Source of the DNA: Ignavibacteriota bacterium
Lineage (GTDB): Bacteria > Bacteroidota > Ignavibacteria > UBA10030
Direction: 5' to 3'
DNA: 64,000 nt
Assembly: GCA_963778945.1 (NCBI GenBank)
Contig: CAVZWL010000009.1
Span: 135,968-199,967 of the forward strand
A program made the translations under genes and the position numbers. The notes under the pieces are model-generated. The model ran no database searches and was not told the origin of the DNA. It saw only the letters and a program-made list of their open reading frames with translations. Shown piece by piece: positions 1 to 11,882 of the stretch (its first letter is position 1; the number at the start of each line of letters is the position of its first letter).

Positions 1-210
1 TACAGCGAACATGATGTTCAGACCATCATGGCAGATCCTGCGGTGAGGAAGGCGGAACTGCTGATGACGACAGAAAAGGATTTTATACGGCTGCGCGGAC
101 GTTCCGATATGTTTTCAGCGGTCAATCTGCCGGTTATGATCGTCGAAATAGAACAGCGAATTCTTTACGGAAACGAGATTATAGATTCTTTGATACAGTA
201 TATTGGATAG
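1..210 (+). CDS. lpxK: tetraacyldisaccharide 4'-kinase, C-terminal fragment (gene begins upstream of window)
   Basis: Frame 1 is open from base 1. YSEHDVQTI...AELLMTTEKDFIRL matches the LpxK C-terminal LLMTEKDAVK region as I recall it from E. coli. Stop at 208-210. Confidence 0.55.
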   Translation, partial: YSEHDVQTIMADPAVRKAELLMTTEKDFIRLRGRSDMFSAVNLPVMIVEIEQRILYGNEIIDSLIQYIG

Positions 211-213
211 GAA

Positions 214-897
214 ATGAAGATTGGAATTACCGATACATTGAGCGGGGATAACTACGAAAGTTATGAAGAATGGATTCGTTCTGCCGATTCCAACGTGGAA
301 ATCATGAAATTATCAATCGATTCCGGTAACAGCGAGGACGTGGAAAACCTTTCGGGGCTGGTGCTCTCAGGAGGAGGAGATGTCGACCCCTGTTTGTATC
401 ATAAACATGACGATGCGGCAAAAGCGAAAGGAGTCGATACGCGGCGGGATAATTTTGAATTCGAGCTTCTCTGCCGTGCTCTCGACGCAGATATACCTAT
501 TCTCGGAATATGCCGCGGCATGCAGCTTATGAATGTCTATCTCGGCGGTTCACTGGTGACGGATTTGGTTTCTTCGCGCTTTGAAGATCATGATGCCCCG
601 GAGAATGAAGTGAGAGAACATCCTGTTTCTTTCGTTCCCCATACGCTCCTTTCGGCATTGACGAATGTCGCTGAAGGACGGGTAAATTCCTACCATCATC
701 AATCGATCGACCGGCTCGGACGGGGATTGATGGTGACGGCCGTTTCGCGCGACGGAGTGCCGGAAGCATCGGAATGGTCGCTGAAAGATGGAATGCCGTT
801 TCTTTTGTTGACGCAATGGCATCCGGAACGAAACCCTCAGAATTTGTTATCGGAAAAAATAGCACTGATTGTTTTTACGCGAAGCTCATATTTATAA
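214..897 (+). CDS. class I glutamine amidotransferase-like hydrolase, peptidase C26 family (gamma-glutamyl-GABA hydrolase-like)
   Basis: 227-aa ORF with nucleophile elbow GICRGMQLMN, SYHHQSI and C-terminal WHPE motifs typical of C26/GATase1. Confidence 0.75.
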   Translation: MKIGITDTLSGDNYESYEEWIRSADSNVEIMKLSIDSGNSEDVENLSGLVLSGGGDVDPCLYHKHDDAAKAKGVDTRRDNFEFELLCRALDADIPILGICRGMQLMNVYLGGSLVTDLVSSRFEDHDAPENEVREHPVSFVPHTLLSALTNVAEGRVNSYHHQSIDRLGRGLMVTAVSRDGVPEASEWSLKDGMPFLLLTQWHPERNPQNLLSEKIALIVFTRSSYL

Positions 898-947
898 AAA
901 TAAGAAAAAAATAATTCACAACTGACAACTGAAAGGATTAACTCGAT

Positions 948-3678
948 ATGGCAAAGATTAAACATGTATATTTTTTTGGCGCCCGCAAAGCTGAGGCAAA
1001 AGGTGCCGAACTTTCGAAAGAAGTTCTCGGCGGCAAAGGTGTAGGACTTATGGAAATGACCTCGATAGGTCTTCCCGTGCCGGCCGGATTTACAATCACG
1101 ATTCAAACATGTGCGGAGTATTACAAGATCGGCCGAAAGCTTCCGAAAGGCCTCGAGCAGGAAGTTCTGATCGCGTTGAAGAAACTCGAAAAGTCGACGG
1201 GAAAGAAACTGGGCGATTCGAAAGATCCGCTGCTGGTCTCCGTGCGCTCCGGTGCCGCACGTTCGATGCCCGGCATGCTGGAAACCATTCTCAATCTCGG
1301 TCTTAATGATCAATCCGTAGAAGGCCTTGCCAAAAAAACCAACAATCCCCGTTTTGCATACGACAGCTATCGCCGTTTTATTCAAATGTACAGTACAACG
1401 GCCATGGGACTTTCCAAAGAGCCGATGGAAGACATGCTGCACAAGGTGAAGCATGATCTCGGTGTCAAGACGGATCCGGAAATTCCCGCAGAGCAATTGA
1501 AAGAACTCTGCAATCGTTTTAAGGCGTTTTATAAGGAGAAAAAGGGAGAACCATTTCCGCAGGATCCCTTGAAGCAGCTCTGGGGAGCCGTTATGGCCGT
1601 CTTCAACAGCTGGGAAGCTGAAAAAGCTGTTACCTACCGCCGGGTGGAAAAGATAACCGACCTGATCGGAACCGCGGTGAACGTTGTTCAGATGGTGTTC
1701 GGAAATAAAGGCGATAATTCCGGTACGGGTGTGTGTTTTACACGGGACCCGAACAGCGGTGAAAATATTTTCTACGGCGACTGTCTCATCAATGCACAGG
1801 GCGAAGATGTCGTTGCTGGAATTCGTACGCCGATGAAACTCATCGAACTGGAAGATCGTCTTCCGGTTGCTTATAAACAGCTGACAAAAGTACGGAAGCA
1901 GCTCGAGTCGTACTATAAAGAAATGCAGGACCTCGAGTTCACCATTGAAGATGAAAAGCTGTATATGCTGCAATGCCGTACCGGCAAGCGGTTGCCGTCC
2001 GCAGCATTCAAGATGGCTGTCGATATGGTCAATGAAAAATTGATCACCAAGGAACAGGCCGTTTCGCGCATTACACCGGAACAGATCGAAGGAGTGTTTT
2101 ATCCCGTGATCGACCTCAAGGCCGTCGGCGGGCAGAAATTGAAAGAACTCTATCTGGCAAAGGGCATCGACGCTGTTCCGGGCGCCGCTGTCGGCAAAGC
2201 GGTGTTCACTGCTGCAGAAGCGGAGGAAATGGAAAAAGCCGGCTTGAAGGTTATTCTGATTCGCAAAGAAACTTCTCCGGAAGATGTCGGCGGTATGCAT
2301 GCCGCACAGGGTATTCTGACTGCGACAGGCGGAAAAACCAGCCATGCTGCAGTTGTCGCCCGCGGCTGGGGCAAATGCTGCGTCGTCGGCTGCGAGGCTC
2401 TGGACATCGATTATACCACCAAGCAGATGAAAGTCGGCGGAAAAGTCATCAAGCAGGGCGATGAAATTACGCTCAACGGCACAACGGGCGAAGTGTTCCT
2501 CAGCGGCTTGCCTTTGATCAAACCCGAACAGTCGGAAGAATTCCGCACGCTGCTGAAATGGTGCGATGAAATTCGTACGATGAAAGTCCGTACGAACGCG
2601 GATACGCCGTACGATGCACAAAACGCAATCACGCTGGGCGCAGAAGGTATCGGTCTTTGCCGGACTGAACATATGTTCTTCGATACCGAGGAACGCCGTT
2701 TGGCCATTCAGGAAATGATCGTTGCCGAAAATCTCGAAACGCGCAAGAAGGCGCTGGCAAAACTGCTTCCCTTCCAGCGGCACGGACTTCGAAGGCATTT
2801 TTAAAGCGATGAACAACAAGCCGGTAACGATTCGTCTGATCGATCCGCCGCTCCATGAGTTCACGCCGAAAGACGATGCAGGCGTCAATAAGCTTTCCGC
2901 AATCACCGGATTGAGCCCCGAAAAAATTCGACACCGCTGCGAACAGCTCCATGAAAGCAACCCGATGCTCGGTCATCGCGGCTGCCGTCTCTGCATTACC
3001 TATCCTGAAATCCTGGACATGCAGGTGACCGCTATTATCGAAGCGGCGATCAACTGCGCAAAGAAGGGATTCAAGGTCGAACCGGAAATTATGATTCCGC
3101 TCACCATCGATCCGAAGGAATTTAAAATCCTGGAAGTGCAGACACGCGGCGTAGCCGATGCATTGATCGCACATGCCGGACTCAAGGGCAAATTGAAATA
3201 TCTTGTCGGCACGATGATCGAAATTCCGCGAGCAGCGCTTCTGGCAGATAAAATTGCCGAACATGCGGAATTCTTCTCCTGCGGCACCAACGACCTGACT
3301 CAGATGACCCTGGGCTTGTCCCGTGACGATGCAGGCCGATTCCTGCCGGACTACGTCATGAGCGAGAAAGACGGCGGCAAGGCAATCTTTAGCGACGATC
3401 CGTTCCAATCGCTGGATCAGAGCGGCGTCGGCGCGCTTGTCAAGATGGCGATTGAAAAAGGCCGCTCCACACGCAAGAACCTGAAGGTAGGCATTTGCGG
3501 CGAGCATGGCGGAGAATCAAAGAGCGTTAAATTCTGCCATAGGGCAGGCATGAACTACGTGAGCTGCTCGCCGTTCCGGGTTCCGATTGCGCGGTTGGCA
3601 GCAGCGCAGGCGGTTCTGGAAGATAAAGCAGCCGCAAAGAAGGCCGGTGCGAAAAAAACAGCGCGCAAGAGGAAATAA
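948..3678 (+). CDS. ppdK: pyruvate, phosphate dikinase, interrupted by one apparent 1-nt insertion near 2778-2782 (ORF fragments 948-2804 and 2722-3678)
   Basis: N-terminus [11 protein letters not shown]...[10 protein letters not shown], phospho-His region [15 protein letters not shown] and C-terminal PEP-utilising domain GICGEHGG. The sequence reads LLPFQR then [27 protein letters not shown] in the +1 frame. Confidence 0.9.
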
Positions 3679-3767
3679 ACTGCGCGTTCATTAATTAACG
3701 GGAAGCGTCCCGACGGGACCGTAAGTCCGCCGGGACCGCCTCCCTCTCTCTTCATTAACGAAAGGAT

Positions 3768-4811
3768 ATGAGCATGAAGCTCTCCGATTTCAAATATCCG
3801 CTTCCACGAAATCTGGTCGCGAAAACGCCGGCAAATCCGCGCGATCATTCACGGATGATGATATTGAACCGGGCCGGCCAGACGATCGATGATCGGAAGT
3901 TTTATGAAATCGCCGGTTTTTTTCAGCGAGGCGACTGTTTAGTCGTGAACGAGACAAAAGTCTTTCAAGCGCGTCTTCTCGGAAAAAAGGAAAAAACCAA
4001 CGCAAGGATTGAAGTGTTCCTCCTGCGTGAACTGAATGCGGAAGAAAATATCTGGGATGTTATTGTCGACCCGGCGCGAAAAGTTCGGATCGGAAATAAA
4101 ATTTATTTTGACGATGGAAAACTCTGGTGTGAGGTGATCGACAACACCACTTCGCGTGGAAGGACGGTTCGGTTCAATCATAAAGGAGATTTTTTCAAGA
4201 TTATCGACCGTATCGGGCTTACTCCGCTGCCGCCGTATATCAAGAGAGATGCCACAGAGAAGGACAAGGACAGCTATCAAACCGTCTATGCGAAAACGGT
4301 CGGAGCCGTTGCGGCCCCGACTGCCGGACTGCATTTTACTAAGGCGCTCCTCAAAAAACTTGAAGCTAAAGGAGTGAAAATTGTTCCCGTGATTCTTCAC
4401 ATCGGCATCGGAACGTTCCGTTCCGTTGAAGTCGAAGATCTGACTAAACATAAAATGGATTCCGAATATTTCGAAATACCGATGGACACGGTCACGACGG
4501 TCAATAAGACTATCGATGCGAAAAAGAATGTGTTTGTCGTCGGAACGAGTACATGCCGGGCGCTCGAATCGAGCGTGACGGCGGACGGTCATTTGAAACC
4601 GGCTAAAGGCTGGACAGACAAATTTATTTTTCCTCCGTACGATTTTAAAGTAACCGACAGGCTTCTTACGAATTTTCACCTGCCGGAATCTACGCTTCTT
4701 ATGCTTGTCAGCGCTTTTGCGGGACATGATTTTATGACCCATGCTTACAAGAAAGCCATCAAAGACGGCTATCGATTCTATAGTTACGGCGATGCAATGC
4801 TTATCGTCTAG
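3768..4811 (+). CDS. queA: S-adenosylmethionine:tRNA ribosyltransferase-isomerase
   Basis: 347 aa with LSDFKYPLPRNLVAKTPANPRDHSRMM N-terminus, VNETKV, and AAPTAGLHFT motif. Confidence 0.9.
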   Translation: MSMKLSDFKYPLPRNLVAKTPANPRDHSRMMILNRAGQTIDDRKFYEIAGFFQRGDCLVVNETKVFQARLLGKKEKTNARIEVFLLRELNAEENIWDVIVDPARKVRIGNKIYFDDGKLWCEVIDNTTSRGRTVRFNHKGDFFKIIDRIGLTPLPPYIKRDATEKDKDSYQTVYAKTVGAVAAPTAGLHFTKALLKKLEAKGVKIVPVILHIGIGTFRSVEVEDLTKHKMDSEYFEIPMDTVTTVNKTIDAKKNVFVVGTSTCRALESSVTADGHLKPAKGWTDKFIFPPYDFKVTDRLLTNFHLPESTLLMLVSAFAGHDFMTHAYKKAIKDGYRFYSYGDAMLIV

Positions 4812-4971
4812 AGACGTGGACGGGAACTCATGAGTTGAAAAGAGATGTCGCAAACCCGTCTTAGAATGAGATACGAATTCCCGCGGAACCGACTTTTCGT
4901 CCACGTCTTTAGGCAAAAGGATCCGTTCTCTTGGAAAGGGAGGCGCGCACTCCCTCTCTTTATATTATATT

Positions 4972-5691
4972 ATGAAACGTATTCGGTCCAAAGTCTATGC
5001 AGTCATTCCTGCAGCGGGATCCGGAACGCGAATCGGCGGAGAAGTCAAAAAGCAATTTCTGCCCCTTCAGCATAAACCGATTCTCGTACATACACTGCAG
5101 AGGTTCGAACGATGCCCCGACGTCGATGAGATAGCTATTGCCGTTCCGGAATCTTCAATCGTTGAAATGGAAAAGATCCTTTCGCAATTCCGTTTCCATA
5201 AAGTCAGCAAGGTGATTGTCGGAGGAGCAAAACGCCAGGACTCGGTCGCCAATGTTTTGCAGCGGCTCGATCTGAAGGACAGCGATATCATTCTCATTCA
5301 TGACGGTGTGCGTCCGTTCATCGAACCGAAACGTATTTCTCATCTAGTGAAAATGTGCAAGGAACATGATGCTGCGGTACTGGCAGTGCAGCCGAAAGAT
5401 ACGGTAAGACGTTCGGCCGGAGGCGGATTTTTTGACAGCACGCTGGACCGGACTGCATTGTGGCTGATTCAAACGCCGCAGGCTTTTCGCGCTTCCGTTC
5501 TGCTGAGGGCTTTTGAAAAAGCTCGAAAGGATAGATTTTCTTCCACTGATGAAGCGGCGCTGGTCGAACGGCTCGGCATCAAAGCGCGTATTGTTGAAGG
5601 AAGCTACGATAACATCAAGATTACGACGCCGGAAGACCTTGAACTGGGCAAATTGATTCTTGAACGTTGGCAGTCGAAAGGGTTGATATAG
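4972..5691 (+). CDS. ispD: 2-C-methyl-D-erythritol 4-phosphate cytidylyltransferase
   Basis: 239 aa with AVIPAAGSGTRIGGEVKKQFL nucleotide-binding N-terminus, IHDGVRPF and QTPQAF motifs. Confidence 0.9.
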   Translation: MKRIRSKVYAVIPAAGSGTRIGGEVKKQFLPLQHKPILVHTLQRFERCPDVDEIAIAVPESSIVEMEKILSQFRFHKVSKVIVGGAKRQDSVANVLQRLDLKDSDIILIHDGVRPFIEPKRISHLVKMCKEHDAAVLAVQPKDTVRRSAGGGFFDSTLDRTALWLIQTPQAFRASVLLRAFEKARKDRFSSTDEAALVERLGIKARIVEGSYDNIKITTPEDLELGKLILERWQSKGLI

Positions 5692-5763
5692 CTTGCTTTT
5701 TGCCCGTGAAGTTCATATTATATAAGGTAGAGTTTTAGTTTTATTTGTGAAAAGGAAAGATCT

Positions 5764-6465
5764 ATGGTGAATCTCGCAATCGTCGTTTTTTTGAGCTATA
5801 TCATCGGCTCTATCCCGACTGCAATTATCTTCTCAAAGTGGCGGCATGGATTCGATATTCGTACTCAAGGAAGCGGCAATGCCGGAGGAACGAATGTCTT
5901 TCGCGTTCTGGGCTGGAAGTCGGGATTATTCGTTATGGTTGTCGATTTAACAAAAGGATTGATTGCCACATCCGTTATTTCGCGCCTTTTTTGGGATCCG
6001 ACTCTTCCTTTTTACAATCATACGCCATTCGACGATTTAACGATTATTCAAATGATTTGCGGCGGAGCTGCTATCATCGGTCATGTCTGGACGGTCTTTG
6101 CCGGCTTTAAAGGCGGCAAAGGAATCGCTACGGCTGCCGGAATGCTGCTGGGAATAGCTTCGACAGAATTCATCGTTTCAATACTCGTATTTTTAATATT
6201 TTTTTCCGCCTTTCGCTATGTCTCGCTCGGCTCGATCATGGCTGCTATTGCTTTTCCGCTGACCCTCATCATCCGGTATAATATTCTTTCGGACGAAATT
6301 CATAGTTATAAAACACTCGTTTTTTTCAGCCTGGGAATTGCTGTTTTTCTTCTCTATTCGCATCGTGCAAATATCAAGCGGCTGATTCAAGGCAGTGAAA
6401 AGAAGATTACCAGCTTGAAGGGAAAAACTGAAGTTGTTCCTTCGAGTGTCGATTCCAAAGAATAA
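5764..6465 (+). CDS. plsY: glycerol-3-phosphate acyltransferase PlsY
   Basis: 233-aa polytopic membrane protein with GSGNAGGTNVFRVLG and FKGGKGIATAAG motifs. Confidence 0.9.
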   Translation: MVNLAIVVFLSYIIGSIPTAIIFSKWRHGFDIRTQGSGNAGGTNVFRVLGWKSGLFVMVVDLTKGLIATSVISRLFWDPTLPFYNHTPFDDLTIIQMICGGAAIIGHVWTVFAGFKGGKGIATAAGMLLGIASTEFIVSILVFLIFFSAFRYVSLGSIMAAIAFPLTLIIRYNILSDEIHSYKTLVFFSLGIAVFLLYSHRANIKRLIQGSEKKITSLKGKTEVVPSSVDSKE

Positions 6466-6501
6466 CAGTTTTTTAAACCGATAGACGCAGACTATTCAAC
6501 A

Positions 6502-7503
6502 ATGAAAGTGACCGTTCTTGGCGCCGGAAGCTGGGGCACAACTCTCTCGCTCGTCTTGCTTGACAACCATCACGATGTACGTCTGTGGACATTCAGCGCT
6601 GAAGAAGCAGAAGGACTTCGTGAAAAACACGAATGCCAATTTCTTCCAGGACTCAAACTTCCCCAAGAACTTACTATCTCGACAGAGATAGAAGAATCGT
6701 GTATCGGCCGCGATATGATAGTAGCTGCCGTGCCTTCTCAGTTCCTTCGCTCGGTTCTTCAGCGAATTTCTCACCTCGATTTAACCGATACCATCATTTG
6801 CAACGTCGCAAAGGGAATTGAAAACGGGTCGCTCATGACTATGTCCGAGGTGCTGCTCGACGTCCTGATGCATGAAAGAAAAGAGAATCTTGCCATTCTG
6901 TCCGGCCCGAGCCATGCTGAAGAAGTGAGTATTAGGATTCCGACTATGGTCGTTGCGGCTGCATTCAAACCGAAAATTGCCCGTGTCGTTCAGGATGCAT
7001 TTATTACCGATTATTTTAGGGTGTATGTAAACGATGATCTCCGCGGCGTGGAACTTGGCGGCGCGATTAAAAACGTCATTGCGGTTGCGGCGGGATTGAG
7101 CGATGGCGCCGGGTTCGGGGACAATACGAAAGCCGCCATTATGACGCGCGGTATTTTCGAAATTACGCGGCTGGGTTCAAAAATGGGCGCCCTCCCGGTC
7201 ACATTTGCCGGTCTCTCCGGCGTAGGTGATTTAATTGTCACATGCATGAGCCGCCACAGCCGTAACCGTTATGTCGGGGAGGAAATCGGTAAAGGGCGCG
7301 CGGTCAGCGACGTCTTGAGCGAAATGAAAATGGTCGCAGAAGGAGTCCCGACTGCAAAATCCGTGCATCAACTGGCGAAAAAAAATCATATCGATATGCC
7401 AATGGCAGAAGAGGTTTATAAAGTTCTCTATGAAGAGAAAAACGCAAGGCAGGCAACGCTCGATCTCATGGGACGCGATACACGGGGAGAAGGGGCGCAT
7501 TAA
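6502..7503 (+). CDS. gpsA: NAD(P)H-dependent glycerol-3-phosphate dehydrogenase
   Basis: 333 aa with Rossmann start MKVTVLGAGSWGT, plus GAIKNVIAVAAG and GDLIVTCMSRHSRNR motifs. Adjacent to plsY. Confidence 0.9.
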   Translation: MKVTVLGAGSWGTTLSLVLLDNHHDVRLWTFSAEEAEGLREKHECQFLPGLKLPQELTISTEIEESCIGRDMIVAAVPSQFLRSVLQRISHLDLTDTIICNVAKGIENGSLMTMSEVLLDVLMHERKENLAILSGPSHAEEVSIRIPTMVVAAAFKPKIARVVQDAFITDYFRVYVNDDLRGVELGGAIKNVIAVAAGLSDGAGFGDNTKAAIMTRGIFEITRLGSKMGALPVTFAGLSGVGDLIVTCMSRHSRNRYVGEEIGKGRAVSDVLSEMKMVAEGVPTAKSVHQLAKKNHIDMPMAEEVYKVLYEEKNARQATLDLMGRDTRGEGAH

Positions 7504-7767
7504 TTTTATTCCTCAATGCATTTCCAGCTTACCAATCCGCAAAAAAGCCGTATCGTAAAGCGAAAATGATACTCTTCCGGGAAAGACCATGCGAGTTGCG
7601 TCATAAATCAAGGTAACCATAAATTATGGAGTAGGAGTATTCTTTTTGAGACGATAACGAGGTAAAGGATCGGCCTGCTTGACGATAGCATGGATTTTTT
7701 TCATCATTTTCTGGAGAATAAAAGGATTGAGTTTGAATAAGTGTCCTGCAACTCGTTTTTCGAGGCA

Positions 7768-7801
7768 CCACCTTGCGAAGGTCCCCACCTTCGCAAGGTG
7801 G
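7768..7801. other. perfect 15-bp inverted repeat (ccaccttgcgaaggt cccc accttcgcaaggtgg) inside a 760-bp non-coding gap
   Basis: Read directly from the sequence. A weakly T-rich tract follows on the + strand. Function unknown. Confidence 0.6.
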
Positions 7802-8266
7802 ATATGTTTCTTTCTTCTCTGTTCAATCTCAATTGCCGTAAATATAAAATACGTGTAATGTCCGCTCCAACTCTGTTTCTATAATCCCATAATGAAAGAA
7901 TGGAAAATAATTTGCTCAAATGATGACTTTTTTCAGAGAATCAGCTCAAGACCGGTATGAAGGCATGTATGCCCGGTGCTTCCGATCCGATAACGATAAA
8001 AGAATGCTGAAAAATATCCTTTTTTCTGAAAAATGGAATGAAAAAATACCGGCATTCCGAAGAATTAAAACGTGAATTTGTTTTTAAGAGAATTCTTCAC
8101 ATTTTGTAAGTAAAGAAGCTTCCTTTCCATAATAAGACAGGTCGAATTGGAGAGGAGTATGCTTTTCTAAGGTCTGCATCTGCCTCGCATAATGACGGAT
8201 CAGGCCGGGCGTTTTATGAGATTCGATGATCGGAAAACAATTGTTGGACTATAGAAAGGCATATCG

Positions 8267-10208
8267 TTGAAGAATATTAAAGAAGTGCTTATCGGCAAAC
8301 CTCGCGATATTCACGATCCAAAGCTCTTCCATAAAATTTCGCTTATAGCATTCATGGCCTGGGTCGGACTTGGTGCAGACGGATTAAGCTCATCTGCTTA
8401 CGGTCCCGATGAAGCATTTCGTTCACTTCTGCAGCATCCGGAAATGGCTGTTTTATTAGCTCTTGCTACTGCAATGACGGTTTTTATTATCTCGTATGCT
8501 TACAGCCGAATTATCGAACATTTTCCGAGCGGCGGCGGCGGATATGTTGTGGCGACGAAATTACTCGGACCCTCGTTCGGTGTCGTCTCCGGATGCGCGC
8601 TTCTTGTCGATTATATTCTGACTATCACCGTTTCCATTGCCTCCGGTGCCGATCAAATATTCAGCTTCCTGCCCATGGTGTGGCTTTCGTGGAAAGTTCC
8701 AGTGGAAGCGATTGCAATCCTGCTCCTCGTTGTTTTAAATTTACGAGGCGTCAAAGAGTCGATAACGGTTCTCGTACCGATTTTTTTATTGTTCTTGTGT
8801 ACTCATATTACCGTTCTCATCACGGCACTTATTAATCATGTTCAGGACATTCCGCATATAGCCGCTGTAACTTCATTGAATCTGCATCATGATGTTTCTA
8901 CTCTCGGTATGCTCGGAATGTTTTTCATCTTTGCGAGGGCATATTCCCGCGGCGCAGGAACTTATACCGGTATCGAAGCGGTATCGAACGGAATTCAGAT
9001 GATGCGCGAGCCCCGTGTGCCGACTGCGAAGCGTACCTATGGTCTATTTGGCAGTTTCGCTGGCCATTACGGCAGGATCGATTCTTTTACTGTATTTATT
9101 GCTCGGTGTCACGGAGGAACCGGGAAAAACTCTCAATGCAGTGATGATCGAGAGATTGAATATCGGCCCTTGGTTTATCGTGCTGACCCTGATATCGGAA
9201 GCCGCACTTTTATTTGTTGCAGCCCAGACGGGTTTTCTGGACGGCCCGCGCGTGATGGCAAACATGGCGAATGACCGCTGGCTGCCTCATCGTTTAAGCT
9301 TTTTATCCGACCGCCTGACGATGTACTACGGCATTGTCATTATCGGTGCGGCTTCGATGGCAACACTCTTTTATACGGGCGGCAATATCGATGCCCTGGT
9401 GACCATGTATTCCATCAACGTGTTTATTACCTTCTCGCTGACCGAGATCGGCATGGTGCGATTCTGGATAACGGAGCGAAAAAAATATCCGGAGTGGAAA
9501 AAATCTTTGCCTGTGCACATTACCGGTCTTATTCTTTGCTTATCGATTCTGACAATCGTCCTCATCGAAAAATTCCAGATGGGAGCATGGCTTACCGTTG
9601 TTATTACGACCGCTTTGATCATGCTGTGTATTCTTATTCGCCGCCATTATCAGACCGTTCTCACAAAACTGCGTTCTCTGGAAGATATTCTCACCGGCCT
9701 GCCCGTCGATGAATCGGCGGCTGCATCGTGCGGAGTGATCGACGCACGCAAGCCTACGGCTGTGCTGCTCGTCCAAAGTTACGGCGGACTCGGCATTCAC
9801 TCGTTCCTGACCATTGTGAAACAATTCCCCGGATATTTTAAACAAGTGGTTTTTGTTTCGGTTGCCGTTCTTGACTCGGGCAATTTTAAGGGAGCAGCGG
9901 AAGTGGAGAAGATGGAAGAAAAAGTGCAGGCGGATTTGGCTCAATATGTGAAACTTGCCAACGGACTTGGATTCCCGGCGGAATCAAGAATGACTGTCGG
10001 GACGGAGCCGGTTGTCGAAGCGGAGAGAATTTGCGTAGAACTATCCAAGCAATTCAAACAGTCTGTCTTTTTCTCGGCAAAATTGGTCTTTCAAAAGGAA
10101 AAATGGTATCAGCGCATACTTCACAGCGAAACGGCAAATGCGATTCAAAACCGGCTGCAGTTTCTCGGTCTCTCCATGGTCGTTCTTCCGATTCGTGTTT
10201 GGAATTAG
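8267..10208 (+). CDS. APC-family amino acid/polyamine permease with cytoplasmic C-terminal domain, interrupted by a frame change near 9038 (fragments 8267-9274 and 9015-10208)
   Basis: Multiple TM helices. GADGLSSSAYGPDEA and FPSGGGGYV motifs are typical of APC permeases. The sequence continues ...PTAKRT / MVYLAVSLAITAG in the next frame. Confidence 0.7.
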
Positions 10209-10236
10209 AAGAACAATCCGCACTTCATGACCTCAA

Positions 10237-10268
10237 GAGGCGAATTTAAATAATTCGCCTCTTTTTTT
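10237..10268 (+). terminator. rho-independent terminator after the permease gene
   Basis: gaggcgaatt-taaat-aattcgcctc 10-bp stem followed by a T7 run. Confidence 0.75.
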
Positions 10269-10481
10269 CTGTTCTTCCTGTTGTCTAAAGCACATGCGCC
10301 GGGATAAACACTTGTGGATTGAGATGTGTCAAAGTCAAAGCCGGTGCATGTTTGTGATGCAGCACACTCGGCACGGGAGAAGCGGAAAAAATAAATACAT
10401 CCTTTTCTTGACACAGAAAATGAAAAAGTGTATTATCGTATATAGTTGATAATACTATTTCTTTAAAAATAGGTTTTTTTT

Positions 10482-11853
10482 ATGCCTGAATATCGAATTG
10501 AGGGAGTAACTCTTTCGGGGAAAGTAGTATCGGGTTCGATTTCTGCCGATACGAAAAGTATTGCAAAAAAAAGAGCGCAGGAATTAGGACGCGATAAAAA
10601 GTTTAAAATAACCGACATTCATGAACGCGTCTCTTATATTTACCGTGTGCAGAAGGGCACGGACAAACCCATCGACGGGGAACAAAAAGCTTTTACCGCC
10701 AGCGAGGTGCGTTCTGCGCTTGAAAAAATGGGCTTCAAGGTTCTCTACGTCCGCAGGAAATTATTCGGGACGAAACAAAGAGCAGCTCCGGCAACCGAAA
10801 TAATTACTTTTGTCCGCGTGAGCACCGACCTGATGCGGCAGAAACTGCCGTTCAACGAAGTGATGCAGCTTCTCATCAACGATATTACGAATACCACACT
10901 GCGTGATGCAGTGAAAGAAATTAATACGGAGTTAAAACAGGGAAAAGACAGCGAAAAAGTATTTCAAAAACAAACGACAGTGTTCGGAAAGTTTGCTGCA
11001 AACATGCTCGGCCTTGCCTCGAAAAGCGGCAATATGGTGGAAATCTATGAAAGCACGGCAAAGTTTTTAGAACGAAATGCGGAATTCAAGCGCAGCCTCA
11101 AAAGCGCCCTCGTTACTCCGATGATTACATTATTTGTCCTCTTTCTCGCAGTCCTGTTTTATGTCGCTTATATATTTCCCAAAACGGCGGAAATGTTTGT
11201 CAAGTTTCATATCAAACTTCCTCCCATGACTTCAGCAACGCTGAAATTCAGCAAATGGCTTATGGCCAATGCAACGGTTCTCACGATACTGACCCTGGGT
11301 CCCATCATCGGTCTTTATATGTATGCTCAGGACCGAACGGGGACAGTTTTACATGGATAAATACATGATTAGAATTCCCGTTCTTGGCACGCTCTTTCAC
11401 AAAATGGCGATTGAGATATTCTGCCGTGTTTTCTATGCGCTGTACAGCGGCTCCGGCGAGAATATAGAAATTATTCGTATGGCAGCGGAAGCATGCGGCA
11501 ATCGATATATGGAACATCAGATAAAAACGGTTGCTATTCCTATGATGCTGGAACGTGGCCGCGGCTTGACGGAAGCCTTTGAAGCGTCAGGTGTGTTTAC
11601 AAGAACCGCTATCTCGAGATTTAATTCCGGGGCGGAAACCGGAACGGTTAAAACTACCGCGCTCCAATTGGCAGAATATTATGAAAAGGAAACTTCTTAT
11701 AAACTTAAAAATGCTGTCGAAGCAATTTCATTGTCGGTCAATATGATCATTATGCTCGTTTTGACTGCACTGACGCTGGTCTCTTCGGAAACGGCAACGG
11801 TCAAGGTGGAGTCGCCGCATATGATCATGCCTGTTGGAATATTCCTGCGATAG
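10482..11853 (+). CDS. pilC: type IV pilus assembly platform protein PilC (GspF family), frame change near 11325-11340 (fragments 10482-11360 and 11323-11853)
   Basis: Two GspF-like repeats with TM segments. Located immediately upstream of pilB. Confidence 0.8.
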
Positions 11854-11882
11854 GGCAACCTTTTAGCGATAAGGAAGAGGAT

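Noticed and set aside
837-2960. 707-aa ORF on the minus strand.
   Set aside because: It is the antisense shadow of ppdK. The plus strand carries unmistakable PPDK motifs, while the minus-strand product is low-complexity with no motif.
3939-4916. 325-aa minus-strand ORF opposite queA. Similar cases are 16117-17088 (-), 29952-30716 (+), 37805-38473 (-), 41270-42013 (-) and 53537-54121 (-).
   Set aside because: All lie antisense to genes with strong family motifs (queA, pilN/O, gltA, pyrG, recG, hsdM). All translate to compositionally biased sequences and have no independent start or RBS context.
7704-7919. 71-aa minus-strand ORF in the gpsA-permease gap.
   Set aside because: It has no recognisable motif, it spans the perfect hairpin, and its codon usage looks non-genic. 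It is kept only as part of the unexplained-gap finding.
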